Below are positions 1 through 9,266 of a stretch of DNA of 60,600 nt, one piece after another (position 1 is the stretch's first letter; every line of letters begins with the position of its first letter). The position numbers and the translations under genes were made by a program. The DNA comes from a virus (Duplodnaviria > Caudoviricetes). The stretch spans positions 1 through 60,600 of the IMG/VR virus record IMGVR_UViG_3300033402_000013. One strand, 5' to 3'. The notes below the pieces were generated by a model. It made no database searches and was not told the origin of the DNA. It worked only from the letters and a program-made list of their open reading frames with translations.

Positions 1-1262
1 TCCGATTGCTGAAGCACATGCTGGAGCAAGTAGTTGCGGATGTTGAGAGACTTCCGCGCTGCCCACACGTGCGTCACCATCGATTCGGGCACATCGTCGT
101 TGAGCAACGACGAGAGCGCGGTCAAGTACAGAGCATCGATCGCTGCGTTGTTCGGAGCGTTCGGAGCCTGCACGAGATGCGTGTACATGATCCCCGTCGT
201 CGGTCCGACGAGGCCAGCAAGACCCGACAGCGGATCAGCAGACGTCGCCGTCAGAGCTGGCGGAGTCACAACAGGGATCAGCGAGGTGCCAGTCGCCCAC
301 GTACCATCGCTTGCGCTCGAGCCAGTGCCAGCATCGTTCGTGATCGGCCATGCTGGGACCGTGTACGAGCCCTGATTCGTCAGCAGGGCGGCAACACCAC
401 CTTGCGTGTACGAGTCGGCAGTCGATGCCGGATGGACGCGGTACGCAAGCGCAGAGCTCGCCATCGCCCACACGAAGCTCGTTCCGTTCATCAGTTCGAC
501 GTGCAGCTGTGTTGCCGAGTCGACGGAGACCACTCGATAGGTACCTTGATCAGCACCATTGGCCCCAGGATCACCGATCACGCCGATGACGACGATGTCA
601 CCGATCTGAACTCCGACGAGGCCATCGGGGCGAGACTGAGTCGTGAAGGTCGCGTTCGGGTCGGAGAAGATCTGCGTTGGTGCAGATGCAGCAACGACCA
701 CAGCACCGGTAATGCTCGTCGCGTACGCGATCAAGTTCGAGAAGTACACCGCACCGCCGACCTTCATCCGCTCGAGGGGCTTCGAAGCATCGGTCAGGAG
801 GTACGCAGCGGGCACTGTCGCGGCCGAGACAGGCACGACAGGAGTGGGGTTGGTGATGCTCTGGTTCGTCGGCAGGTAGCGCCACAGACGCATGCCGGCC
901 GAGCTCGCCATGTTGACGGGCACCGCAACGAGCACGCCGAAGCTCTTGTTGCGCAGCTCGACGTAGCCGTTGCCCATCGCTGCACCGAACTGTCCGATCG
1001 TCGCATCGAAGCCGCCGAGCTTCGTGATGAGGTCCGCGCCAGAGAAGATCTGGACCGGATTCGGATTGGCTGTGCAGTTGCCGCTGGAGTCGAACGAGAC
1101 TCCGTAGGTCATGTCCGCAAACTCACCGACGATCGCGCATGCATTGGTGCTGACGCCTTGCGGAGGCGATGGAGGCGGCAGGTCGATGATGATGACGCCC
1201 TCGATCGCCGTGAGGACGTTGAGGGAGGGTGTCGAGGTGTAGCGTCGGACAAAACCGGCCAT
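1..1262 (-). CDS. Probable tail sheath protein, N-terminal part (runs off the left edge; absent from the ORF track)
   Basis: Translated by hand: MAGFVRRYTSTPSLNVLTAIEGVIIIDLPPPSPPQGVSTNACAIVGEFAD...; strong SD TAAGGAGG upstream; follows the neck genes; N-terminus resembles sheath proteins. Confidence 0.7.
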   Translation of the reverse strand, partial: MAGFVRRYTSTPSLNVLTAIEGVIIIDLPPPSPPQGVSTNACAIVGEFADMTYGVSFDSSGNCTANPNPVQIFSGADLITKLGGFDATIGQFGAAMGNGYVELRNKSFGVLVAVPVNMASSAGMRLWRYLPTNQSITNPTPVVPVSAATVPAAYLLTDASKPLERMKVGGAVYFSNLIAYATSITGAVVVAASAPTQIFSDPNATFTTQSRPDGLVGVQIGDIVVIGVIGDPGANGADQGTYRVVSVDSATQLHVELMNGTSFVWAMASSALAYRVHPASTADSYTQGGVAALLTNQGSYTVPAWPITNDAGTGSSASDGTWATGTSLIPVVTPPALTATSADPLSGLAGLVGPTTGIMYTHLVQAPNAPNNAAIDALYLTALSSLLNDDVPESMVTHVWAARKSLNIRNYLLQHVLQQS

Positions 1263-1293
1263 GGCGAGGCCTCCTTAGAACGGGGTGAGACTA

Positions 1294-2067
1294 TCACTCA
1301 CGGGATGGCCCGCGATACGGGTTAAAGGGGCGATGTACTGTTGGCGGTGCAAGCGGTTGCGTGGTCTGTTCCACGCAGAGCTCGAGACTGATCCCTCCAA
1401 CGGGGTAGGACCGAGGTCTCACGACAGAGATCGAGCCAGACACGCGATACAGCAACGGACGCACTCCGTGCCTGGCAGATGCCTCCGTGTCTGTCGCAGT
1501 GAACGATGCGGTCTGAAAGAGCGCACGCTGGCCGAAGTAAAAGGGGAGCTCGAGGACGAACCCGTACATGAAGTCGACGGGGTTGAGCGTCTCCTCCATG
1601 AGCATCGCCACTCCAACGCGATCGCCAGGCTCAGAGCAGTGGATCTCGATGATGAAGTCCGTCGAGACCTCCGCTGTCTTCACCACGTATCGACCGTCGG
1701 GCAGCTTGTCGTCGGGATGAATCCTCGGCGAGAAGTCGCTCGCATCGAAGGTCGACAGACCGTCTGCGAGCAGCACCGCAGCGGACGGGTAGCGGATGCT
1801 GACGTCCTCGGTCGTTGCCCACTCTTCGAAGACCTCGATGAACTGGACCACTTGCCCGGCGATCACCTTCTGAGCCTGCGCAAGGTACTCGCGAAGGCCT
1901 CGTCGCATGGCCCAGACGGAGTCTGTCTCCTCTCGAATCGTGCGCGTCGCTGGAACGGACAGATCCGTGACGAGCGTGGTCCCGGTTCCCGTCGGTGCGA
2001 CAGGAGGCGGGTTGAGCGGTTCGAATGGAGGTAGATGAACCTCGCATCCGCAGGTCGGGCAGCTCAC
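1294..2067 (-). CDS. Putative tail terminator/neck protein
   Basis: 257 aa ORF between the gp10-like gene and the sheath; positional call. Confidence 0.45.
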   Translation of the reverse strand: MSCPTCGCEVHLPPFEPLNPPPVAPTGTGTTLVTDLSVPATRTIREETDSVWAMRRGLREYLAQAQKVIAGQVVQFIEVFEEWATTEDVSIRYPSAAVLLADGLSTFDASDFSPRIHPDDKLPDGRYVVKTAEVSTDFIIEIHCSEPGDRVGVAMLMEETLNPVDFMYGFVLELPFYFGQRALFQTASFTATDTEASARHGVRPLLYRVSGSISVVRPRSYPVGGISLELCVEQTTQPLAPPTVHRPFNPYRGPSRE

Positions 2068-2597
2068 TTGCCACCCCGCAGTGCTTTCTTGACGTGCATG
2101 CGCACCTCAGCAAGCACAGCCTTGATGATCTTCGGACGAGCTCCTTCGAGCACACGACGAGCACGAAGACCACGTCTGCCGATCGCGCGAGCAACCGGGA
2201 ACGCTGCTTGCTTCGCTTTCTTGGGATCGAGTCCGCCACGCCGCTCGAGCCAGCGCGCGATGACAGCGGTTGGAGGAGCCTTGCGGCCTGGACGACGACC
2301 GTAGGCAAGGCCTGGCCTGCCTTCGATGATCCCTGCGTACGTGGCATCGTTCCGAACGACAGCGCCGTCCTTCCCTTTGGTCACGTGCCAGTTGCGTCGG
2401 TAGTTGCCGGTGTCGAAGGCGCCCTTCTTACCGTGCTCCGATGCTGGGATGGCCGTATCACCTGCACGGATCGCAATGCCCACAGCTTGATCAGCACCGA
2501 CGTGGATGCCCTTGATGATCTCGGTGTTGAGCGCCTTGGGGAGCTTGCCGAGGTAGTCTCGGAACTCCTTGAGCGTCATCGGTGCAGAGACGCTCAT
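2064..2597 (-). CDS. Neck/tail-completion protein (HK97 gp10-like)
   Basis: Basic protein with DTGNYRRNW...V.N.A.YAGIIEG pattern typical of this family; overlapping start/stop coupling. Confidence 0.6.
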   Translation of the reverse strand: MSVSAPMTLKEFRDYLGKLPKALNTEIIKGIHVGADQAVGIAIRAGDTAIPASEHGKKGAFDTGNYRRNWHVTKGKDGAVVRNDATYAGIIEGRPGLAYGRRPGRKAPPTAVIARWLERRGGLDPKKAKQAAFPVARAIGRRGLRARRVLEGARPKIIKAVLAEVRMHVKKALRGGK

Positions 2598-3139
2598 GGC
2601 TTCGGCCTTCCGTCACGACGGCGCTTTTCGACCTGCGCATCGAGCGTGACGTTCCACTGCACTTTGGTCGCGTTGTAGTACGGCAGCGCTGCGATCGCGA
2701 AGCGATGCTTGTCGGACGGCTTGCCGTCTCGACGGAAGAACTCGATCTCGTAGTAGACCTCGTCGGCATCGCCAGGGATGTTCCCGTTGGGGTCCACGCC
2801 GACGAGCATGTCCTCGGTGTAGCGGCCTGAGACCTGCTGGAGCTGGACGAGACCAATCTCCGTCGGTCCGATGGGCGTCACGATCTCAGCAACGGTGTTG
2901 AGGTCGATGACCTTCGGAGTCGGAACGATCTCCATCACGAAGAGAACAGACTCGATACCCACACCACGACGGTTGCCACTCCAACGAGTACGCACGAGAC
3001 GAACGCGATAAGGTCGAGCGCCGAGCTGAGTAGCGATGTCACGCGCGGCATCGACCACAGGGACGAGCTGCTGCGACAACGAGTTCTTGAGGAGCTCGGG
3101 GGTCGCAACCGTGTACCCGTCGACCTTCTCGCTCGGCAT
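2594..3139 (-). CDS. Putative head closure/stopper protein
   Basis: Beta-rich 181 aa ORF in the head-tail joining position. Confidence 0.45.
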   Translation of the reverse strand: MPSEKVDGYTVATPELLKNSLSQQLVPVVDAARDIATQLGARPYRVRLVRTRWSGNRRGVGIESVLFVMEIVPTPKVIDLNTVAEIVTPIGPTEIGLVQLQQVSGRYTEDMLVGVDPNGNIPGDADEVYYEIEFFRRDGKPSDKHRFAIAALPYYNATKVQWNVTLDAQVEKRRRDGRPKP

Positions 3140-3142
3140 CGG

Positions 3143-3553
3143 TTACCCGTTCTTGACGGGGATCGATCCCGCCCCTTGCATTTGGAACACACGACGGAAT
3201 TTGTAGGCGCCTGGGTAGAGCGGAGCGCCGAGCTCGTCAGCCATGCGTGCAGCCCAACGGCTGTACTCGTCCTCGAGGCGATCGAGCTGGTCCGCTCGAA
3301 TCTTGATGTCATCGACGGCATTGACAACGAGGTACTGCTGTCCCTCGATCATTCTGCACTCGATGTTATCGAGAATCACCAGCAGCTTGCGAACACGGTC
3401 CTCCGCTTCAGGGAGGATCTGATCCATCGCAAACTCGAGAAGGAACAGAGTCTGGATCGGAATCGGGATGCCGAACGAGATGGAGGACGCAGGCTGCACG
3501 TTCAGGTACCCCATGTGGTACCTGATGCGCTCCTTCTCGTTGATATCGAACAC
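3143..3553 (-). CDS. Putative head-tail adaptor
   Basis: Helical 136 aa ORF (EKERIRYHMGY) two genes downstream of the capsid gene. Confidence 0.5.
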   Translation of the reverse strand: MFDINEKERIRYHMGYLNVQPASSISFGIPIPIQTLFLLEFAMDQILPEAEDRVRKLLVILDNIECRMIEGQQYLVVNAVDDIKIRADQLDRLEDEYSRWAARMADELGAPLYPGAYKFRRVFQMQGAGSIPVKNG

Positions 3554-3556
3554 CGA

Positions 3557-3907
3557 TTAGATCTCGACTTTGCGGACCTTCAGACCCATTGCCTTGAGTC
3601 GATCTTCACCACCGTAGCTATGCGCGTTGAGTAGATCGCCGCGCTTGAAACGGTGCATGCCACCCTTGCCGACGGAGGCGACACGATCCTCGAGTACCTC
3701 GAACATGGCAACCTGCGGTGCAGGTGCTTCAGCAGCTCGAGGTGGAGGCATCGAAGCCGGCTGGGGCTTCACTTCAACGGCCGGAGCTGGCGGCGGCGTG
3801 TCGGTGGTGTCCCAGTCCGTCCGTGCAAGCGTGAGGTCGTCTTTGCCCTTCGTGTCGGCAGTCACCTTGGCTGCCTCGAGCGGATCGTATTTGGTCTTGC
3901 TCGCCAT
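3557..3907 (-). CDS. Hypothetical protein downstream of the capsid gene
   Basis: ATG at 3907 with TAGGAG SD; Pro/Ala-rich linker and small C-terminal domain. Confidence 0.6.
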   Translation of the reverse strand: MASKTKYDPLEAAKVTADTKGKDDLTLARTDWDTTDTPPPAPAVEVKPQPASMPPPRAAEAPAPQVAMFEVLEDRVASVGKGGMHRFKRGDLLNAHSYGGEDRLKAMGLKVRKVEI

Positions 3908-3919
3908 GCGTGGACTCCT

Positions 3920-3951
3920 AAACAAGAGGGGCGCCTCCTGGGCGCCCCTCT
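3920..3951 (-). terminator. Rho-independent terminator-like hairpin after the capsid gene
   Basis: Perfect 11-bp stem AGAGGGGCGCC/GGCGCCCCTCT (3925-3951) followed on the minus strand by TGTTT. Confidence 0.65.
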
Positions 3952-3984
3952 ACGGTAGCACGCCCGCTGGCGTGACCGAGTCGC

Positions 3985-5388
3985 TTACTGACCCGAGGTG
4001 ATGGCAACCTCGCGCTTGTAGCGCGCGAGACCGCCAGTCGTCACGTCGGTGCGGAGCGGCCAGTCGCCGATGAACTTCCAGCTCGCCGACACGAGGTCCT
4101 GCAAGCGGTTGAGCGGCGAGCGGATGATCAGCTGCACGCGGTCCGTGTTGACCTCGATGCCGTTGTTCGTGATCGACGAGCTGCCCACCTTGCCGGTGAT
4201 ACCAGCCTCGGTGATGAGCGCACCGAGGTCCTGGTAGTACTCGTAGATCGCGCCCTGAGCAACGAGCAGCGTCTCGTGGAGCGGCGTGCCGGTCGTTGGG
4301 TTGCCGTTCGAGTAAAACTCGCCGGCATACGGATCGTTGAGCGAGAAGGTCTGGCCGTCCTTCGGGTAAACCGTCTCGGGCAGCGGGCACTCCGAGTTGC
4401 GGAAGACCACCGTACCGAGCAGCTCGCCGAGCGCGAACTGCTTGTACATGAAGTAGTCCGGCAACGAGGTCAGCAGGCGCTGGAACTCGGGATCGGAGAA
4501 GACCTGCCCCTGCGCGGTCGGGTCCATGTGCATGTGGAACCGGCCGTCGGGCATCTCCGGCACGTTCTCCTGCCAGAAGTAGGAGACCGCCGTGCGGATC
4601 GCGGCGAGCGTCATCAGGTCCGTCGGACCGATGTCGTTCACGCTGTGGCCACCGCCGACGTACACGATCTGCGATGCGTCGAAGGAGATGACCGGGTCTC
4701 GGTTGTTCACGGTTGCCGCCGTGCCGAGCGTCAGCGTGCCCGGTCCGATCTCGTCACCTGGGTTGTTCGACGTGTACCCGACCACCGTGTTCTGGGTGTA
4801 GACACCGTTCGTCACGGTGTAGATCTGAAGCGGGTTGTTCGTCGAGACCGTCGTGAACTGGACGGGCGAGCCCATCGGCAGGTCAGGACGGCGAGCGCGC
4901 GTGAAGCCGTTGAGGCGCTGGACCGCGAGGGTCGTGGTCGCAGCCTGCGCGCCGTTCGCAACGGTGTTGCCCGAGAGGGCAGCGTTGTAGAGACGATCAC
5001 GCACGATGCGGTTCATCGACTGGCCAGAACCCAGGCCGAGCTGCTGCGCGTTGCGCAGCATCAGGTTCGCGATCGCCACGATGCTGGTCGGCATGTGCGT
5101 GTCGATCGTGTCCGCGTACTGCTGCAAGGTCGCGGTCCACTGCTCGACCTGATACGTCGAGGGAGTCGGATCGCTACCGGGGACGAGAGGCTGGAGCTTC
5201 GGCGCCATCAGGCCGACGCCCGTGAACACCATGCTGTCGCCGACGTTGTTCGGCCATAGCTGAGGCATCGCTTCACCACGGAACAAGATCCGTGGATAGA
5301 GCGCATCATGGAAGGCTCGCTCTAGCAGGCCTTCCTGAACGATCGCCCGGATTTCGGGTGATTGGGCAATGGTGCTGAAATCGGGCAT
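3985..5388 (-). CDS. Major capsid protein (HK97 fold)
   Basis: 467 aa, strongly biased codons, CAGGAG SD, directly after the scaffold gene; EQWTATLQQYADTIDT and HMDPT-type segments typical of capsid proteins. Confidence 0.85.
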   Translation of the reverse strand: MPDFSTIAQSPEIRAIVQEGLLERAFHDALYPRILFRGEAMPQLWPNNVGDSMVFTGVGLMAPKLQPLVPGSDPTPSTYQVEQWTATLQQYADTIDTHMPTSIVAIANLMLRNAQQLGLGSGQSMNRIVRDRLYNAALSGNTVANGAQAATTTLAVQRLNGFTRARRPDLPMGSPVQFTTVSTNNPLQIYTVTNGVYTQNTVVGYTSNNPGDEIGPGTLTLGTAATVNNRDPVISFDASQIVYVGGGHSVNDIGPTDLMTLAAIRTAVSYFWQENVPEMPDGRFHMHMDPTAQGQVFSDPEFQRLLTSLPDYFMYKQFALGELLGTVVFRNSECPLPETVYPKDGQTFSLNDPYAGEFYSNGNPTTGTPLHETLLVAQGAIYEYYQDLGALITEAGITGKVGSSSITNNGIEVNTDRVQLIIRSPLNRLQDLVSASWKFIGDWPLRTDVTTGGLARYKREVAITSGQ

Positions 5389-5431
5389 CGTGTTCTCCTG
5401 CTACGGCAGAGCTAGCTGCCGAGAAAGCCTC

Positions 5432-6268
5432 TCACATATGAGGGTTGAGGCCAAGACTCTTGAGTCTGGCTTGTACGTCCTCGGGTTTGGCAGTTCGTGC
5501 GTCGAATTGGTTCGTCTTCGCCGCTTCCACGGCCGGGGCACCGGCTGGGGGCACCTTCGGATCGGATCCGTCCGGCTTCGCGCCGTTGGTCCCGGTCGTG
5601 GCGGGCTGCACCCTCTCGCCGAAGAGGTACGGTCGCTCCTTGCGGACACCCTCGAAGAACTTCGTTCGGTCGAACGCCGCGATCTCCTCTTCGGACTTCC
5701 CCGCGAGCTCGCGGGTCAGGAGCCGAAGCCCGTAGTCGACGTCCGTGACGCCGAGTCTGTACATCTCCTCTCGGAGAGCCATCTCGGCTTCCTTGGCGTC
5801 GAGCTGGCGCTGCACGTCGCGACGAAGCTTCTCTTCGCGACGCCACTGCTTACGCATCTTCGTGCGCTCGTCAGCAAGACGAGCGTTCTCAGATGCGGCA
5901 GCGGTGGGCTTGGCGGCGGGCTTGGGATCGGGTTTCTTCGGCATGGCGGGGACCTCCACAGGTTGGATCGATTGAACAGGTGCTTGCGGTGCGGGCGGCT
6001 TCTTCTGTGCCTTGACGAACTCTTCGAGGGAGTCGTATCCGGCTACCAAGGCGAGGGACTCGAGTTCTGCGGTTGCCTCGCGGCGTCCGCGCTCTCGTGC
6101 TTCTTCCTTGATCCGTTTGAAGTCGCTGTGCTTGACCTGTAGAACCTTTCCATCACCGTTCGAGGGCTCCTCGCCTACTGGTGCGATCACCGGAGGGTCG
6201 GTCGGCTGAACGGTGGCCTTGGGGTCTGGTACCTTGGGAGCTGGATCGTTCTCTGTCGGGTCTGGCAT
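5432..6268 (-). CDS. Capsid scaffolding protein
   Basis: Coiled-coil and Pro/Ala/Glu-rich, with KERPYLF motif and short C-terminal helix, immediately upstream of the capsid gene. Confidence 0.75.
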   Translation of the reverse strand: MPDPTENDPAPKVPDPKATVQPTDPPVIAPVGEEPSNGDGKVLQVKHSDFKRIKEEARERGRREATAELESLALVAGYDSLEEFVKAQKKPPAPQAPVQSIQPVEVPAMPKKPDPKPAAKPTAAASENARLADERTKMRKQWRREEKLRRDVQRQLDAKEAEMALREEMYRLGVTDVDYGLRLLTRELAGKSEEEIAAFDRTKFFEGVRKERPYLFGERVQPATTGTNGAKPDGSDPKVPPAGAPAVEAAKTNQFDARTAKPEDVQARLKSLGLNPHM

Positions 6269-6386
6269 GGCGCTTCCGAGTTCACCGACTATTGACCGCC
6301 GTCGTGGCGTGGTTGTCGGCGCCTGCTAGTTGAGGGTTGATGGATAGGGCGAAGAATCCTTGGCTCGCAACACGAGCCGGAGATGA

Positions 6387-6842
6387 TTACGGAGCGCCTC
6401 CGAAGGCGTCGTAGGTCGTCGTCATCGGAGTGTAGGAGCGCGGCATGTACTCGATCGTGAATGCCGTCACTGCGCTCGGGAAGGTGATCGTGGTCCCATC
6501 ATCCGAGATGAGGGCGATACCTGGACCGGATGCGCCGGGCGCGCTGGCAGTGCCACCCGCGTCGGTCACGATATACACTGCGGCGGCCGAGCGCAGTGTG
6601 CTGATCAAGAGCGCTGCGAGCCGATTCGGATTCGAAGGACCCGTGGTCTCGCCAGTCGCATCGATCTCCGTCAGGTTCTGAGTCGCCGAGGACGCCAGCC
6701 CTGTGAAGATCCGCTTGAGCGGCGTGAGCATCGTGCCGAGGTGGATGAGAGCAAGCAGGTCGTCAGTCTGACCGGGGCGCGCTTGATCAAGCGCGCTCTG
6801 AATCGTGACTGGCATCGTGGTAGTCGCGAAAGGTGTGGCCAT
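6387..6842 (-). CDS. Hypothetical virion protein (decoration-like)
   Basis: T/A/G-rich 151 aa, CAGGAG SD, in head module. Confidence 0.5.
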   Translation of the reverse strand: MATPFATTTMPVTIQSALDQARPGQTDDLLALIHLGTMLTPLKRIFTGLASSATQNLTEIDATGETTGPSNPNRLAALLISTLRSAAAVYIVTDAGGTASAPGASGPGIALISDDGTTITFPSAVTAFTIEYMPRSYTPMTTTYDAFGGAP

Positions 6843-6892
6843 GGGGACGATCTCCTGTGGGAGCTGGTGTTACTACAAGTAGAGACCCGGAG

Positions 6893-7282
6893 TCACGTCT
6901 TCTCGCCAAGGAAGACGGAGACGTTGGTGAGAGTGGCTGGAGTCCGGGTCAGACTCACTGCCGTGATAGGGACCGTCCGAGAGATCAGCTGAAGGTAGCC
7001 GTCACACGGGAAGGACTGCGAGGTCCCTGCGGCCGATGTGACAGTCACCGTGATAGGCCTATCGGACTGAATGATCAGAACGTTGCAGTTCGTAACACCA
7101 CCGAAGTTGACGGCAACAGGGGTGTCGACTGTCAGCTGAGACGGTTCGAGGTTCTTCGCGTCGAGCGTGACGTACTCCTGCATCGGTGTTGGACCGATCG
7201 GAGCAGCGCCCGAACGCAGAAGACCTCCGTCCTGTGGATACGTGCTCCACTGGCCGGAGATCCTGAACAGGTCAGTCGGCAC
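6893..7282 (-). CDS. Hypothetical beta-rich virion protein
   Basis: 129 aa T/V-rich ORF in head module. Confidence 0.5.
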   Translation of the reverse strand: MPTDLFRISGQWSTYPQDGGLLRSGAAPIGPTPMQEYVTLDAKNLEPSQLTVDTPVAVNFGGVTNCNVLIIQSDRPITVTVTSAAGTSQSFPCDGYLQLISRTVPITAVSLTRTPATLTNVSVFLGEKT

Positions 7283-7291
7283 GAAGTCGTC

Positions 7292-7477
7292 TTACTTCGT
7301 CGGGCCGAGACGGAAGGGGCTGGGGTCGGTACCTGCCGGCGATTCGTTCGGCAGGTGCGGTCCCGGAGAGACGTTGTCGGAGTAGCGCCCGTTCTTCTGA
7401 TCGTACTTGACGATCGGCTCGGGGGCTGCTTGACCCTGGCCAACGCCAGAGACGAGTTCATCATTCGGAGAGGGCAT
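7292..7477 (-). CDS. Small Pro/Gly-rich protein, PF[KR]LG family copy 3
   Basis: MPSPNDELV...DPSPFRLGPTK; CAGGAG SD. Confidence 0.6.
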   Translation of the reverse strand: MPSPNDELVSGVGQGQAAPEPIVKYDQKNGRYSDNVSPGPHLPNESPAGTDPSPFRLGPTK

Positions 7478-7496
7478 CGTAGAGCTCCTGTGAGTG

Positions 7497-7721
7497 TTAC
7501 TGGCCGAGCTTGAACGGGGTGGCCGGGTTGACCGGAGGACCTGGGTCCTTGGTGTGCGCGGTGTCCGCGCCGTAGTTGCCGCCAGCGGCATCCGCTGGGG
7601 TGCCTGCTTGCGGGTTGTACGGTCCAGCCGCGTTGTCGGGGAAGCCCTCGCGAGCTGCACCGATCTCGAGCGCGCGGTTGCGCGAGCTGCGAAGGTTGCC
7701 TGGTGACGGTTGTGGCTTCAT
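7497..7721 (-). CDS. Small Pro/Gly-rich protein, PF[KR]LG family copy 2
   Basis: MKPQPSPG...NPATPFKLGQ; GGAGG SD. Confidence 0.6.
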   Translation of the reverse strand: MKPQPSPGNLRSSRNRALEIGAAREGFPDNAAGPYNPQAGTPADAAGGNYGADTAHTKDPGPPVNPATPFKLGQ

Positions 7722-7722
7722 C

Positions 7723-7950
7723 TCAGAGGCCTCCGAGCTTGAACGGATCGGGGTTGGTTCCGGTCGGGTAGTCGTCCGTCGGAGCTTCGTCACCCATAGC
7801 CGTTCCCGGATCGAACTGCAAGGGCTCGAGCTTCCCGTCCTTCACTGGCTGTGCAAAGCGATCACGGTCGTTGTAGTCCGCACCTTCATAGAAGTTCGGA
7901 TCGCGGACAGAGACGCCTGGCAAGCGCAGGTATCGAAGATCCTGCTTCAT
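7723..7950 (-). CDS. Small Pro/Gly-rich protein, PF[KR]LG family copy 1
   Basis: MKQDLRY...TNPDPFKLGGL; start could be further upstream at 7986. Confidence 0.55.
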   Translation of the reverse strand: MKQDLRYLRLPGVSVRDPNFYEGADYNDRDRFAQPVKDGKLEPLQFDPGTAMGDEAPTDDYPTGTNPDPFKLGGL

Positions 7951-7982
7951 TCCTTGAAGCCTACGTGTGTGGTGCCCATGTG

Positions 7983-8591
7983 TCAACGTCCTCGAATCAA
8001 CGACAGGACTTCGGCCCGAGCGGAGGCATCCTCACGGAAGAATCCGAGCATGCACGAGGTGGTTGTGAGTACTCCCCGCTTGCTCACGCCTCGAGTCGAC
8101 ATGCACTCATGTTCGGCTTCGATCACGACGCAGACGCCTCGAGGTTTGAGCACCTCTTGGATCGCATTGGCGATCTGCCGAGTCATGGCCTCTTGCACCT
8201 GAAGTCGCTTGGCGTAGCCATCGACTACGCGAGCAAGCTTCGAGAGACCGACGACACGATCGGCTGGCAAGTAGCCGACGTGGGCCTCGCCAAGGATCGG
8301 AACGAGATGATGCTCGCAATAGCTCTCGAACTGGATGCCACGAAGTAGAACAATCTCGTCGTAGCCTTCTGTGTCCTCGAAGGTCTTCTCGAGATGCTTT
8401 CGAGGGTCCTCGTTGTAGCCACGGAAAAACTCTTCGTAGGCACGGACGACTCGCTCTGGGGTCTCTTGCAGTCCGTTGCGCGAGGGATCATCTCCAGCCC
8501 AACGCAGCAAGGTCCGCACAGCCTCTTCGGCTTCGGCGCGAGTCACACCGCCGTGTGATGTGACTCGGTGAGCTCGCACCGGAGCAACCAT
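7983..8591 (-). CDS. folE: GTP cyclohydrolase I
   Basis: [35 protein letters not shown] and HECMSTRGV motifs. Confidence 0.97.
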   Translation of the reverse strand: MVAPVRAHRVTSHGGVTRAEAEEAVRTLLRWAGDDPSRNGLQETPERVVRAYEEFFRGYNEDPRKHLEKTFEDTEGYDEIVLLRGIQFESYCEHHLVPILGEAHVGYLPADRVVGLSKLARVVDGYAKRLQVQEAMTRQIANAIQEVLKPRGVCVVIEAEHECMSTRGVSKRGVLTTTSCMLGFFREDASARAEVLSLIRGR

Positions 8592-9235
8592 CAGACGGTC
8601 TTGCCGTCATGAACAGCCGGAGGCGTGCCGTCGTCTGGATTCATCGAGGCCCCATCACCGTCGTCGCCAGGGTTCTCCTCGTCATCATCCTCGTCGTCTT
8701 CCTCGTCCTCGTCATCCTCGAGATCAGCCGGATCGACCTCCTCGGCAGCATGAGCGGCGAGCAGCTTGAGGTACGTGCAGACGAGGTTGGTGTCCGCATC
8801 CTCGGTGTCGCCGTCGTGGCCATCGAGGAGAGCCACGGTCACATCGTGGCAGTCCTCGTCGCTCAGCTTGGAGACGTACTTGGCCAGCGCATGCTGGATC
8901 TCTTCCGGCATGCGGTCGAAGGAGTCCTCGATCTCCTTCATGGCCTCGTCAGGAACCTTGGCGAGAAGCAGGTCGCCGCCGATCTCGTGTGCAGCATCGA
9001 CGATCTCGCCAGCGTCCTCTTTGAGGTGAGCGCCGAGAACACCCCAGGATGAGATCAGCTCGTTGCCATGTTCCTTGGGATCGCCAGACGGGGCGCCATC
9101 GCCCTCGTCGTCCTCTTCGTCGAGATCATCATCGTCATCACCACCGACCTGCATAGATGGGTTCGTGAGCGCAGCCATGCCGGGATTGGTGGAGTGCGAG
9201 TCGACGAGGGACTTGAGCTTGCTGGGGTTGACCAT
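8591..9235 (-). CDS. Highly acidic hypothetical protein
   Basis: Two long D/E tracts flanking a helical core; CAGGAG SD; stop overlaps the folE start. Confidence 0.7.
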   Translation of the reverse strand: MVNPSKLKSLVDSHSTNPGMAALTNPSMQVGGDDDDDLDEEDDEGDGAPSGDPKEHGNELISSWGVLGAHLKEDAGEIVDAAHEIGGDLLLAKVPDEAMKEIEDSFDRMPEEIQHALAKYVSKLSDEDCHDVTVALLDGHDGDTEDADTNLVCTYLKLLAAHAAEEVDPADLEDDEDEEDDEDDDEENPGDDGDGASMNPDDGTPPAVHDGKTV

Positions 9236-9266
9236 TTGGGTCTCCTGTTCTTAGGTGAGTACCACG

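Noticed and set aside
6-1325. 439-aa plus-strand ORF and other long antisense ORFs (e.g. 4276-5259, 17754-18677, 22940-23815, 53521-54357)
   Set aside because: They are shadows of GC-rich minus-strand genes, with Arg/His-rich composition and no motifs. The real gene at 1-1262 is on the minus strand.
6269-6386. Hairpins upstream of the scaffold gene as a novel ncRNA
   Set aside because: Short stems (GGCTCG/CGAGCC, CCGAC/GTCGG) are compatible with an ordinary terminator or leader; too little evidence
7292-7950. RiPP precursor peptides
   Set aside because: No adjacent modifying enzyme, protease or transporter; the conserved part is C-terminal and the context is head morphogenesis
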